DNA of 64,000 nt from the human T2T-CHM13v2.0 reference genome, Homo sapiens: assembly GCF_009914755.1 (NCBI RefSeq), contig NC_060925.1. The stretch is one strand, 5' to 3'. A program made the translations under genes and the position numbers. The notes under the pieces are model-generated. The model saw only the letters and a list, made by a program, of their open reading frames with translations. It was not told the DNA's origin and searched no databases. Each line of letters starts with the position of its first letter. Positions within the stretch are counted from its first letter, which is position 1. This document shows positions 41,400 to 55,923 of the stretch, piece after piece.

Positions 41400-43560
41400 T
41401 CTTCTCTCGCAACTCTCTTCATTAGCTTGTCCTAAGTGAAATCCGGGTCTCCTTTAAACATACTGCTTCTCCCACATCCCTTTCAAGTGAAGATGTTTTT
41501 TTTCCTCTCATAAACCTTGTACTATATACTAGAGATGAGATATGTGTCTTTGATTCTCAGTGCTTCTCCCAAATATTGTTAATCCTTTAAAAACATTATC
41601 TGAAAATGCCTGCCAGTAGATTCCATACTCATCACCTACCTACCTCCTAAGCCCTAAGTCTCACCTCTCTTTTCAATAAAAAATTTTAGCCTCCAGTTCA
41701 CCATGTTTTTCCTCACCCACTACTCTTATCAGAATTTTTGATTACTTCAATATCCACAGGGACAATCCATTCTATACTTGTTCTCTCAGTCCCTTGATCT
41801 CTTTCCCAATGCTCTTAAATGCTACCCCAGCTCACCTCAGTCATCTACTCCCAGAGTTATACCCTAGACCATATACTTTGCAAGAACCAAATCTCCCTCA
41901 AAACTCTCTGATCCCTACTTGCATGTTTCCAATTCAGTTCTTCTTGTAACCCTCCTCCACTGCCCATGGAATCTTTTCCATTCACTGTTTCCTCTTTTCA
42001 TTGCTCATTATCCCTTCCACAGCTGCTCTTCTCACCTTTCTCAGTTTAATCGATTGGTTCATTATCCTCATCATTGCTCTGTCACATACACCTTCAACTG
42101 CCTCATCCCTTTAGATCTTCATTACATTCACGTGGTTAAATCCAATACTTCACCTATTTTTGTTTGCACTGAGTAGCTGAATAGAGCTGCAGCACTAACC
42201 TCAAATGACATTAATCACACTGGACTTACTAGCACATCCCTTCCCTACATAATGATAGCTTTGGTTCACACTGTTTCCTCTCTCTTCAATCCTCCAATAA
42301 ACCTACTGTTCCTTCCTTTCAGCTGATTACTTTGCTTGGTTCTTCACTGAGGAGATAAGAACAATCAGAAAATAACCTCCTCATTCTTCTTCTTCAAACC
42401 TTCAACTTACCTGCCCCTGTGCCCACAGGTTCTCCCTCCCTTCCTATGAAAATTGATGAATTTTCTGTGCCCCTATGTGAGGTCAGCCCCTTTACTTTGC
42501 CGTGGATCTGTTTCTTTCATTTATACTGCATCAGAGAGATTGATATTTTGTTATCTTTAGAGAAAACACCCTTCACTATGAAACCAAAACACCAAATCTT
42601 ACAGATTTTAGCAGAGAAGAATTCCAGGAGGAAAACCTCCATAGAGTTTGGGGGAACCAGTTAGGCAAAGCTGACTCTACAGTTCAAGTTTCCTCTTCCC
42701 TTTGAGATTTTGTTATGTTGATTCTTACATCTACTGCCTTATCCTGTACTGAAAGGTACACTTCTCTCATAAGATTGTGATCCGAGTGCTGTCACAACCA
42801 AAATCAATTTTGGCCTTTTCCATGGCACAACTGAATCATACTGGGATTTCCCAAAGGAATTTTATTAGAAACTAAGGAAAAACACTTTCATATGTTGGGG
42901 TCCAACATGTGTATAGAAAAGATGCATTTGTTTATTCATTACATCTTCAGCTATCTGTTGAGTGTCTTCTGTGTATATTATGTTCAACACTGGGGGTAAA
43001 GTCAGAGATTATATAACATAGTCTATGTTCTCCGCACAGAATCTAAGTGAGCAGACAATAAAAAAGAAACCAATAACTGCATGTAATGTAACAGTATACG
43101 AACTAGGTGCAATGATGAGACAGACATGGGAGTGGCTTTCTCTACTTGGGGAGGTTGGGAAGGGCTGTAGAAGAGAGCATATTTGAGTCTGGGGAAAATG
43201 TAAGCAGTTCAATCTGGCTAGAGTATACACATGAAAGAGGAGACAGACAAGGAAGAGAAAAGGAAGACAGACAAGGGCCCAATCTTGGAAGACGTTATAT
43301 GTCATGCTAAAGAACTTAGACTTTATCTTGCATGCAGTAAGGAGATTTTTGAAGAGTAAATTTGCATTTTAGATGGTTTTCTCTGGCAGGAAAGTCCAAA
43401 AAAGAGAAAGTGAGGTCCTAAATTTAAGCAGTGCAATTGGGAGAGGAAATGGGGGTCTCTTTAAGTAGGTACTTTAAGTAGATACTTTAAGGAGGATGAA
43501 TTAGTAAGTCTTAATGACCAGTTGGATGGAGCTAAGCATGGCTTATATGTTTCCAGTTGG
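41400..43560. mobile_element. L2 relics (plus-oriented about 41400-42480, minus-oriented about 42930-43560)
   Basis: Degenerate L2 phrases (ttcaatatccac...tctcagtcccttgatctc; tttattcatt...ctgttgagtgtcttctgtg). Confidence 0.5.
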
Positions 43561-44053
43561 ACCGACTAGCTGAATGGGGGAAGAATAATAAATGTGTAAT
43601 TTCCAGTGAGAAGTGATTTGACTATATCCTTTTTGAGATTAACATTAGAGATTAATTTTTGCCTGCAAGATATTCCTTTCGACCTTTTCTCTAAACTGGA
43701 TTGATGATTGGTATGACCTAGGATTCACTGTTAATATGAGTTATATTATGGTTTCTAAAAACCAAACAAAACCATTTTCAGGATAATAAATCTATTCCTA
43801 CCACACCCCAGTGCTTAGTGAAGATTTCCCTAAGAGTATCTCCAGAGCTTACACCCACACAAATATGCTCTGAAAAATTATATTCAAATTCTTTCCTACC
43901 AATGTTAGCCTAATAATATCAACTGTTTAACACACTACTTCAGCAAAGACACCATAGCCAGGTTTATGCAAGTATGGTTAAATAAGACACACCATAAAGA
44001 GCCAGTCTTTCTGAATTATCAATTAGACACTTCTATGTTCTCAGGATATTTCT

Positions 44054-45259
44054 TTTTTTTATTATTATTATACTTTAAGTTTTAGGATACGTGTACACAA
44101 TGTGCAGGTTTGTTACATATGTATACACGTAGAAAGCTGAAACTGGATCCCTTCCTTACACCTATACAAACATTAATTCAAGATGGATTAAAGACTTACA
44201 TGTTAGACCTAAAACCATAAAAACCCTAGAAGAAACCCTAGGCAATACCATTCAGGACATAGGCATGGGCAAGGACTTCATGTCTAAAACACCAAAAACA
44301 ATGGCAACAAAAGCCAAAATTAACAAATGGAATCTAATTAAACTAAAGAGCTTCTGCACAGCAAAAGAAACCACCATCAGAGTGAACAGGCAACCTACAG
44401 AATGGGAGAAAATTTTTCCAACCTACTCATCTGACAAAGGGCTAATATCCAGAATCTACAATGAACTCAAACAAATTTACAAGAAAAAAACAAACAACCC
44501 CATCAAAAAGTAGGCGAAGGATATGAACAGACACTTCTCAAAAGAAGACTTTTATGCAGCCAAAAGACACATGAAAAAATGCTCATCATCACTGGCCATC
44601 AGAGAAATACAAATCAAAACCACAATGAGATACCATCTCACACCAGTTAGAATGGCGATCATTAAAAAGTTAGGAAACAACAGGTGCTGGAGAGGATGTG
44701 GAGAAATAGGAACACTTTTACACTGTTGGTGGGACTGTAAACTAGTTCAACCATTGTGGAAGTCGTTGTGGTGATTCCTCAGGGATCTAGAACTAGAAAT
44801 ACCATTTGACCCAGCCATCCCATTACTGGGTATATATCCAAAGGATTATAAATCATGCTGCTATAAAGACACATGCACACCTATGCTTATTGCAGCACTA
44901 TTCACAATAGCAAAGACTTGGAACCAACCCAAATGTCCAACCACTATAGACTGGATTAAGAAAATGTGGCACATATACACCATGGAATACTATGCAGCCA
45001 TAAAAAATGATGAGTTCATGTCCTTTGTAGGGACATGGATGAAGCTGGAAACCATCATTCTGAGCAAACTATCACAAGGACAAAAAACCAAACACTGCAT
45101 GTTCTCACTCATAGGTGGGAATTGAACAATGAGAACACATGGACACAGGAAGGGGAACATCACACACCGGGGACTGTTGTGGGGTGGGGGGATGGGGGAG
45201 GGATAGCATTAGGAGATATAGCTAATGCTAAATGACAAGTTAATGGGTGCAGCACACCA
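44054..45259 (-). mobile_element. 5'-inverted young L1PA: about 75-bp 3' terminus on minus (44054-44130), then ORF2 end and 3'UTR on plus (44131-45259)
   Basis: ORFs 44265-45125 are the ORF2 C-terminus on +. Poly(T) and the L1 terminus lie on the left. Imperfect TSD TCAGGATATTTCT (44041-44053) and TCAGGATgattATTTCT (45260-45276). Confidence 0.92.
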
Positions 45260-46387
45260 TCAGGATGATTATTTCTAATGGGGAAAATCAAACCATCCAA
45301 AAAATTTTAGTTGTCTTTACCATGAGTGTATAGATTCAGCCCATACAATGAGTCCTATGACTTCTGGTCTTGAATCAAATAACTCGAATCTGATAAACAA
45401 GTATATGTATGTTTTCATTCTATCCATCCATGCCATTTCTCTTCATTAGGAAGGTAGAAGGTAGCATGTAAATAATAAACTCCCTATTAATTAATTAGAG
45501 CCATGAATAAAAATGAGAAAATGAAGCAGTTATGAAATTCTTTGGGATTTAGAAATGGTAAAATTAGGACACAAATGTTAAGAATAATGTTTATTATATT
45601 CCATGCAGTGTTAAACACAATGAATATATTATTTCATTTGATACTCAAAATGATCCTATGAGCTAAGCATTATAACATCATCTTTACCCATGAAACTGCT
45701 AGGTTTAGAGAAGTTAAGTAATCCATCTAAGGACATAGAGCCAGTGAATGGCAGAACTGAGATTTGACTGAAGAGTCGTGGAAAACCCAAGGGTTTAAGA
45801 GATGGAGACTTGACCCTAGGTCTTTGAAAAACTAGGTCTTTCTTCTAGTTTTCCAGTGGTGAATTATACCTGAAGCTAATATTAAGGAAATGAAGTCAGC
45901 CCTAGAAAGCACAGCAGAGACAAAAGATATAGAGAAGAGGTTTGCCACTTAGCATGCTTTGAGGAGTACGCACACATAACAATAATATTATGGAGTTTCT
46001 TCTAGGAAGTTTGGCAACCAGAAATCCTGCCCATTTTTTGTACCTCTGCATAGCATACGCTAGTCCTACATTGGGTACTAATATACAAAAAGACAGTATA
46101 CTTAAATATAGCGATTTCCAGACATTTTGCTCACATCATCCCCAAAACTTTTGTAAAATGATCTAAAACTATATCATGCCTGTCACATTATTAAGTTCCC
46201 TTAGTGTAATCTATTTTAGCCCTGAAATTTTTTCATTGATTACCTTATAATTTTTCTTTGTAGCAAACATATGTACTAGATAAATTGAAATTTCATTAGT
46301 TAAAAATTTTCCCAGGTTGCACTACTGTCCAAGTTATTAGTACAAAATGGATCAAACACGAATATATAATATGTGGGAGGTAATATA

Positions 46388-48831
46388 CAGGAATACCTTG
46401 GAGATGTTGTGCATTTGGTTCCAGAAAACAATAAAACAAATATTGCAGTAAAGATAGTCACACAAATTTTTCAGCTTCCCAGTGTATATAAAAGTTATGT
46501 TTAGAGCTGGGCGTGGTGGTGCATGCTTGTAGTCCCAGCTTAGGAGTTTGAGACCAGCTTGAGCAAAATAGCAAGACCCCATCTTAAAAACAAAGTTATA
46601 TTTAAACCATACTGTAGTCCATTAAGTATGCAATAGCATTCTATCTAAAAAACAATGTACATACCTTAATTTACAAATATTTTATTACTTACAAATGCTA
46701 CTGATCATCTGAGCCTCAGTGAGTCTTAATCTAATATCTTTGCTGGTGGATAGTGTGGCCTCAGTGCTAAAGGCTGCTGATTGATCAGGGTGGTGGTCGC
46801 TGGAGGTCAGAGCAGCTGTGGCAATTTCTGAAAATAAGGTAACATGAAGTTTGCCAAATCAATTGAGTCTTCATTTCATGAAATATTTCTCTGTAGCATG
46901 TTATGCTGTCTGATAGCATTTTACTGACAGTATAACTTCTTTCAGAATTGGAGTCAATCCTCTCAAATTGTTCTAATGCTTTATCAACTAAGTTTATAAA
47001 ATATTCTAAACACTTTGTTGTCATTTCAACAACATTCATAGCATCTTCACCAGGAGTAGATTCCATCTCAAGAAATCACGTTTTTTGCTCATCTATAAGA
47101 AGCAACTCTTAATCTGCTCTAGTTTTATCATGAGATGGCAGCAATTCAGTCACATCTTCACAAACTACTTCTAATTATCTTCTCTTGTTATTTCTACCAC
47201 ATCTTCAGTTAGGTCCTCCAGTGAATTCTTGAAACCCTCAAAGTCATCTGTGAATGTTGAAATCAACTTCTTCCAAATTCCTGTTGATGTTGATATTTTG
47301 AACTCCACCCGTAAATTATGAATGTTCTCAATGACAGCTAAAATGGTGAATCTTTTTGGATAGTTTTCAATTTACTTTGCCCAAATCCATCAGATGAATG
47401 TATTTATGGCAGCCATAGCCTTACAAAATGAATTTCTTGAATAATAACATTTGAAAGTTGAAATACTTGATCTATGGGCTGAAGAATGGGTTTGTGTTAG
47501 CAGTCATGAAAACAACATTAATCTCCTTGTACATGTCCATTAGAGCTCTTGAGTGGTCAGGTGCTTTGTTAATGAGCAGTAATATTTTGAAATAATTTTT
47601 ATTTCTGAGCAGTACACCTCAAGAGTGGGCTTAAAATATTTGTTAAACCATGTTATAAACAAATGTGCTATCATTGAGGCTTTGTTTTATTTCTAGAGCA
47701 TAGGCAGAGTGAATTTCACAGAATTCTTAAGGGCCTTAGAATATTCAGAATGGAAAATGAACACTGGCTTCAACTTAAAGTCATCAGCTGCATTAGCCCC
47801 TAACAAGAGAATCAGCATGTCCTTTGAAGCTTTGAAGCCAGGCATTGACTACTTTCTAGCTATGAAAGTACTAGATGGCACCATTTTGCAATAGAAGGCT
47901 GTTCCATCTCCAGTGAAAATCTATTTGTTGATGAAGCCACCTTTATCAATGATCTTAGCTAGATCTTTGATATAACTTGCTGCAGCTTCTACATCAGTGT
48001 TTACTGCTTTACTTTGCATTTTATGTGACAGTGACGGCTTGTTTCCTTAAACCTCATGAACCAACCTCTGCTAGCTTCAGAGTTTTCTTCTGCTGCTTCC
48101 TCACCTCTCTCAGACTTCACAGAATTGAAGACACTTAGGACCTTGCTCTGGATTAGGCTTTGGCTTAAGGGAATGTTGTGGCTGGTTTGATCTATCCAGA
48201 CCACTAAAACTTTATCCATATCTGCAATAAGGCTCTTTCGCTTTCTTATCAATCATGTGTTCACTGAAGTAGCACTCTAATTTCCTTTAAGAACTATTTC
48301 TTTGCATTTGCAACTTGGCTGTTTGGCCTAGCCTTCAGCTTATCTTGGCTGTCAACATGCCTTTCTCACTAAGCTTAATCATAACTAGCTTTTGAGTTAA
48401 TGTGAGACACATGAGACTTCCTTTCACTTGAACATGTAAAGGCCATTGTAGGGTTATTAATTGGCCTAATTTCAATATTTTGTGTTTCAGGGAATAGGGA
48501 GGCCCAAGAAGAACGAAAGACAGGGGAATAACAGGTCAGTGGAGCAGTCAGAACACACACAACGTTTGTGGTGCCCCCAAACAATTACAATAGTAATATT
48601 AAAGATCACTGATGACAGATCACCATAACAGATATAATAATAATGAGAAACCTTGATATTATGAGAATTACCAAAATGTGACACAGACACATACAGTGAG
48701 TACACGCTGTTGGGAAAATGGTGCTGACGGACATGTTTGACACAGAGTTGCCACAAACCTTCAATTGGTAAAAAAAGCACATTACCTGGGAAGGGCAGCA
48801 GAGTGAAGTGCAATAAAATGAGGTATGCCTG
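46388..48831 (-). mobile_element. Near full-length Tigger1 DNA transposon (pogo family), transposase degenerate
   Basis: TIRs CAGGAATACCT... and ...AGGTATGCCTG with TA on both sides. Minus-strand ORFs 48001-48252 (IRKR...[21 protein letters not shown]...[10 protein letters not shown]) and 46785-47066 are Tigger1 transposase pieces. Confidence 0.93.
46504..46591 (+). mobile_element. FLAM_A-like Alu monomer with internal deletion, nested in Tigger1
   Basis: gctgggcgtggtggtgcatgcttgtagtcccagct is joined directly to aggagtttgagaccagc...atagcaagacccc. TSD AAAGTTATRTTTA at 46491-46503 and 46592-46604. Confidence 0.75.
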
Positions 48832-49352
48832 TAATTGGATAAAATTTCAAACTTAAAAAAATTAATAGGACTGTTTTTCTTCAAATTATTTCAGGTATCT
48901 ATCAATGAATATCTCATTACTAGAATGAAGCAAGTTTCAGCATCAATATTATTCTTACTTTTTATTTTCATACATATAAAGCACTGAGAATTTTATTCAC
49001 ATGACTAAGTAGATTGGAGTGGAAATGGAATATTATAAAAATGTCACTTAATCTCCCCGCTTCTTTGTTAAATGTCAGCAAGCACACTGGGAATTGAGTA
49101 ATGGAAATCTTATTGAATGATCTGTCAACTGAAAAATTGATTAGATCCTCCTTGAATTTTTTCTTAATCAAAGAGCTGGAAACCACCTGATTTGCAACAA
49201 ATATCCACTTATTAGCATTATTTACTTTCTCAACATTAACATCAATATTTTAAAATGTCCCTTTGTTTGTCACCCATTGGGTTTTTACACTCTGGAGCAA
49301 TGATCCAAAGTAACTTTAGGATAGGTGAGGAAGGCTACTTTCTTTTGTAAAG

Positions 49353-49450
49353 TGGAAGAAAAGTTATTGTGTAGGAGTGGGGAGAAAAACCTATGCTTTT
49401 CTATGGAAGAAAAGTTATTGTGTACGAGTGGGGGAGAAAAACCTATGCTT
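49353..49450. repeat. About 51-bp tandem duplication
   Basis: TGGAAGAAAAGTTATTGTGTASGAGTGGGG(G)AGAAAAACCTATGCTT starts at 49353 and at 49404. Confidence 0.9.
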
Positions 49451-49814
49451 CATCTCACACATCTCAGACACTTTGTGGAAGCTGAATATCTGAAAATTCA
49501 GTCCCTTACAGACATCTATGTGTGTATATCCCTCAGAAAGTCTTCTCACACCATCAGGATATGTACAGCACTTTCAACACCACTGCTTCAGTGTCCTTGC
49601 TTCTATGCATGGAAATTATGGTATTTTTGGCTTTCTTAGTTGCCTTTATTCCTAAGTGATAGCTAAATACCTAAGTAATGTGGCTTGAAAAAGCATCAGA
49701 ATATTTTTTCTGGATTCTAAATTACTTCCAAAGCAGCGATTCCTGAAGTCCTTACCATTACTCATCTAAATGAAGCCTTTAAAATGTTTAATTGGTAGTA
49801 CTGACTGGAGGAAA

Positions 49815-50050
49815 TAATACCTAGTGCTTACTGAGTAGGTATTATATGCCGCATACTTTTTAAGGAATTTTACATAAATTTAATACTAATAATAACACTA
49901 TAAAGTAGATATTATTAGCTTTATTTTACAGATGAGAAAACTGAAGCACAGAAAAGTTAAATAGCTTGCCTGTGGATTAGCTAGTAGGTGGTAGAGCTGG
50001 GCTTCAAACCTAGGCAGCTTGGCTCTAAAACCTGGCACTTTCAACCTCTA
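49815..50050 (-). mobile_element. MIR
   Basis: Core attttacagatgagaaaactgaagcacagaaaagttaaatagcttgcc. Confidence 0.8.
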
Positions 50051-51452
50051 TGTTAACAAACTACCACATTATTCCTATCTGAACATAATTATATTTCTTA
50101 CCTTAGTTTTCTACACATATTTTGAAGTTCTGAGAGTAAGGAGCATAACATAGATGGGGATGTTTTGGAGGGACTGGTAGATAATGCTATAGAACATAAG
50201 TTTGAGTGGGATCCTGCAGCAATGTCTATAGACAATGGAAAGCGCAATGACCAAAGGGATTATAATGCCAAGAAGGGGCAATTGAGGCTCAGAGGCAGGG
50301 ATGGCCAACTTCCGAGAGAACAGGGGATCTGACCTTATCTTGATGACTCTATGCCAGGCCCCTTCAGGAATTTGGTGGGAAAAGTAGAGAACTGGTCCAT
50401 GTAGTCAGTGATAGATGTTGGGCATCCTATGCATCTAGGCATGTATGGAAGGTCAAGGGGGAGGCCTGTAATACAAGTCACTTCATTCACTAGACACATG
50501 TATTGATTGCTGTCTCTGTAGATGAACAGTACCTTGCTAAAGACATGCAGAAGCGATCAGGGCTATAAATGCCTTAGATCATACAGTGTGATATTCACAG
50601 CACATACCTAAGTCAGGAATGTTTCAGCTTTAGTTTCACATTATTTCCAACTCTTCTTGCCAATGGCAAATTCAAAGTAAGGCAGGAAGGACCTAGATTG
50701 ATTAGATCATCTAATGCTTTTTGGATGAATATTAATAAACATAAACCTTAGTTGATGCCTCAGAGGTCAGAAAGTCAGTGCTTGTCGCAACAAGAGAAGG
50801 AGGGAATTCCCAAGGTCTTGGCAGAAAAAACATTTAGCCATCTGGAACTACAGTTCTGAGGTTTGTAGTGTGATGTTTTATTGTGCTTTAAAACATGGAT
50901 GTTGTTAGAAGGAAATTTAAAAAAAAAAGAAAAGCCAAATAATTAGCATCCAAACCATGGAGACTCATTAGTTAGCATCTGAGACTGTATCTGAAAAGAA
51001 ATAAGAAGCTTGAGAAGCTGCTCTCCGTTTGGGGCCATTTGTTTCTGGACACCTCTCTCTGAGAGCTAGAACCTTTGTAAAAGAGTTGTTGATAAAGAAC
51101 TATCGAAGAAAGTCAGAGACTTAGAATAAGGCTTACAAATGAAAGTAAATCCTTTAATTCACCTGGAAAGTCCACCTAGACAGAATGAATTCTTGCCTTT
51201 ATTGCTAACTATACTGAAAACCTTAAAAACCTGGGAAATCCTAAACTGAACAGTACTAAGTGTCCCTCTGTCATCATATAACTTCAGATAATATCTGGCA
51301 GAGGATTTGAGACATTCCTAAAGTGAGAGATGTTCTTAGTACATACGTTCCAAATGTGAATCAGCTGTGATAAAGCTTGTCAAAACACTAACTTAGTCTT
51401 AGACTGGGAACAGTACTAAAATAAAGGGAATGTTAGATGTTGCATACCATGA

Positions 51453-52230
<778 letters not shown>

Positions 52231-52602
52231 TAATTATTTTCTTTTCTTTTGAACCACTTAACTCTGGCACAGATTTTTCAAACGAAAATTGCAGTTGGAA
52301 ATTCCCTTTGTTTTCCTCCTTTCCTTTAAAGATATATCCACCTTATGAGGCAGACAAATCCACCTGCTTGTCGAGTTGCACTTACTCATTAGAAAATATG
52401 ACTGTGGTTTGCAAGATAGCTTTCTGTGATGACATTTTTGGAGACAGTGGTCTGAATGCAAATTGTCATGCTATATTCCAGGCCCCAAAGACTTCCCTGT
52501 GGGCAAAAGGAAAAGGCTGATAATTTTATTAAAATAAAAGACATTAATCTGTTTCATGGTTAGAGAGCATTCTTGCCCTGAGGAAAGGATATGATCACAT
52601 AA

Positions 52603-52866
52603 GTGAAAAGGGAATAATTTTACACTGTTGGTGGGTCTATAAACTAGTACAACCACTATGGAAACAGTGGAGATTCCTTAAGGAACCAAAAGTAGATCTA
52701 CCACTTGATCCAGAAGTCCCACTCCTGGGTATCTACCCAGAGGAAAAGAAATCATTATACAAAAAAGGTACTTGCACACACATGTTTATATCAGCACAAT
52801 TCGCAATTGCAAAAATACAGAACTAGCCCAAATGTCCATCAATCAACAATAGATAAAGAAAATGTG

Positions 52867-52908
<42 letters not shown>

Positions 52909-53242
52909 AAGGATACTAATCAGCTATAAAAAGGAATGAAATAATTGCGATCACGGCAACGTGGATGGAACTGGAGACCATTATTCTAAGTGAAGTAACT
53001 CAGGAATGAAAAACCAAACATTGTATGTTCTCACTCATAAGTGGGAGCTAAGCTATTAGGATGCAAAGGCATAGGAATAATACAGTGAACTTTGGGGACT
53101 CAGAGGAAAGGGTGGGAAGGGGTGAGGAATAAAAGACTACACATGGGTACAGTGTACAATGCTTGGATGATGGGTGCACCAAAATCTTAGAAATCGCCAC
53201 TAAAGAACTTATTCATGTACAAAAATAAATAAGTAAATAAAT
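52603..53242 (+). mobile_element. L1PB-type 3' end containing (AC)19 at 52869-52906
   Basis: aactagtacaaccactatggaaa...aaagtagatctacca..., 3'UTR gggtgcaccaaaatc...actaaagaactt, A-rich tail. Confidence 0.85.
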
Positions 53243-53618
53243 ACTTTTTGAATACTCCACTGAGCTCCAATATTCCATATTGAAAATATTTCTAGACTTT
53301 ATGCTTACTTTCCCCTAAGTAATTCAGATTTTACAACATGATACTGTATAATAATTCACGTTTATCTTCCTAGAGTCTTATAAATAATTGATTTATTTTA
53401 AAAAATAACTTTATATAAGACTATTCTTCAAACTATTCTGTAACACATGTGCATTTGTTCACATATTTATTCAGAAAATATTTATTATCCTATTATACCT
53501 GGGAGTACAGGTGTGAGAAAGACAGAAAAGGTCTCTGCTTTCATGGAGCTTAGATTCCAAGTGAGGGGAGACAGACAAAAAAAGTACTAAACAAACAACA
53601 GACCGAAAGGTGAATTAT

Positions 53619-53620
<2 letters not shown>

Positions 53621-53660
<40 letters not shown>
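53621..53660. repeat. (GATA)10 tetranucleotide STR inside an L2 relic (about 53450-54210)
   Basis: Ten perfect GATA units. Confidence 0.95.
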
Positions 53661-53662
<2 letters not shown>

Positions 53663-54775
53663 TTTATTTAGCTGGTTATAACTGTAAAAAGGAGCTTTAT
53701 TTAACTATAAAAGGGAGCATGATAGCAATCATACAGGGATTGGCTAATAAAGAGTAGGTGCTCATGTTTCCTAGAGAAGAGAATATTTGACTTGAGACAT
53801 GAATGACCAAAGTGGGGCCAGGCATGTGAAAATAGTGGAAGGATCCCTCCAGGCAAAGAGAACAGCAAATGCAAAAGCCCTACGGTAAGAAGACTGAGTT
53901 GTTGAGGAGCATCAAGGCCATGGTGACCAAAGCCTAGTGAATATGAAAGGGGAACGTGGTAGCTGAGGAAGTAGGAACCCGCATAAGGACCAGATTATGA
54001 AGACTCTTGTAAGTTTTAGAAATTCATTTAACTTTTATCTCAAGTGCAATTTGAAGTCATTGGATATTTCTAAGGAAGGAAGTGGTGGGAAGGAATTTTC
54101 TTTAAAAAAAAAAAAAACCTTTTGGCTTCTGTATAGCAAGTGGATTGGAAGGAAGGAGGAAAGTGAAACCTAGGAGATGTGATAGTAGACTATTGCTGAA
54201 CACCAACACATGAAAATAAAATAAACCAAAATACCCTCATGAACACGTTAGCCAATTGTTAACAAGGTCTACCATCATACTGAACTCATAGAATAAATAA
54301 ATATATTTTGATCATTTAAAAGTGTCTAGGACTCAAGCTAAACTCTTTGTTCTTTCCGTGAACTGTGCTCTGTTTATTTGGCTCCCATGTAATAAAATTA
54401 CGAACTCTGTGTACACGTTCATATTTTGGAAGATGAGAAAGAGAGCCACTCACTGTCTGTGGAAGGAGTAATGTTCAAATAGGAATGTGTATACTCCCAA
54501 GTGCTGATCAACTGAAAGAAAATCCAGGGACACAGAGGAGACAAAAGAGGTTAGTGGGAAACCCAGCAAAAGGAGACTCAATGGTCATAGCCCCTTCTGC
54601 CCTCTGCTGCTTATGCTGCCAATATTGCTACAGTTGTTTAGCCTAAAGGTGGCTTCTGTGTTTTGCCCCAACATCAGCATCAGATCCTCTGCCTTTCTCC
54701 TAGAGGTTCTGTACTATCTGGTTGGCTTTGAGCTTCACAATAGAAGGCATAAACTGCTATCTCATGGATACCAGA

Positions 54776-54950
54776 GCAGGGGCTCTCAAGCTTTAGCATG
54801 TATTAGAATGACCTGAAAAACTTATTAAAACACAGATTGCTAGACTCCATCCCAGAGTTTTGTGAGGTGGGGCCTAAGAATCTGCATTTCTACATATTCC
54901 AAGGTGCTGATGTTGTCACAGGTCTGAGAACTATGCTTTGAAAATCACTG
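54776..54950. mobile_element. MER5A-like hAT MITE
   Basis: cagg...tctcaagcttt..attagaatgacctg...ggggcctaagaatctgcatttct...tttgaaaatcactg. Confidence 0.7.
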
Positions 54951-55623
54951 ATCTACAGAAATGGAGTGACAGTGAGAAATGGGCAGTCATGATCAAAGTA
55001 CACTCCTGCTTGCTATACTTGTACAATGCTTACTAAATATAAAACCAAGTTAACTTGAACATCAAAGGCATCTTAAATGGGGCACATGCCAAAAGGAGGA
55101 ATTACAGCTGAAAAGTTGGAATATAGGGAAAGTCAATTCCACCTTCTGCTTGAAGATGGTATCAGGTCTAGGAACGTGGGGTTCTGGGATAATCCCATGG
55201 AATCAAATCTTATGTGATGTTCTGCTTCATTTTGATTGCAATCACTAGCTTTCTTTACCCTGAGGCTAGTTCTTCAGTTCCCAGTATGGCACACAGTGGG
55301 CTGAGTGGAAGGGACAAAGGTGAACTTCTCAGGGTTACTGTTGGTATTCATCACCAGCCTAAGAACAGAAAAACACAGCCAGGAAGAGAAACTCAGGTGA
55401 AACTGGACAGCCAGAGCAGAAGTGGCTCCTAGATAGTGGCTCTAGAAAGTAAGGTATTTTTAAATGTTTGGGGGGATTTATATATTAAAAAAATAGAATT
55501 TAAGAAGTCATTAATTAGGTTTTGGTCTTGATGTAGGTTGCTTAAGAAGAAAAAATCAGTTTCATTTAGAGGCCTGTTTTGGAGATTGGTTCTTACCTTG
55601 TTGGAATAGAGATAGCAGACTTG

Positions 55624-55923
55624 GGCCGGGCGTGGTGGCTCACCCCTGTAATCCCAGCACTTTGGGAGGCTGAGGCAGGCAGGTAGCTAGGTCAGGAGCT
55701 CGAGACCATCCAGGCCAACACGGTGAAACCCCGTCTCTACTAAAAAAAATACAAAAAAATTAGCTGGGTGTGGTGGCGGTCGCCTGTAGTCCCAGCTACT
55801 CTACTCAGGAGAATGGCGTGAACCCGGGAGGCGGAGCTTGCAGTCAGCCAATATCGCGCCACTGCATTCCAGCCTGGGCAACAGAGCGAGACTCTATCTC
55901 AAAAAAAAAAAAAAAAAAGAGAG
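55624..55923 (+). mobile_element. AluY-like with small right-arm rearrangement
   Basis: CpG-rich dimer. TSD AGAGATAGCAGWCTTG at 55608-55623 and 55924-55939. Confidence 0.9.

Noticed and set aside
43460-43491. Short 10-13 bp repeats (also about 7766, 23809, 40613 and 55421)
   Set aside because: They are too short or low-complexity to distinguish from background slippage.
45181-45202. G-quadruplex motif (another at 61616-61637)
   Set aside because: The first is the known G-rich tract of the L1 3'UTR and the second lies inside an old LTR; neither is locus-specific evidence.
54158-54170. IRF-like GGAAAGTGAAACC
   Set aside because: It is an isolated motif in purine-rich L2-derived sequence with no supporting cluster.
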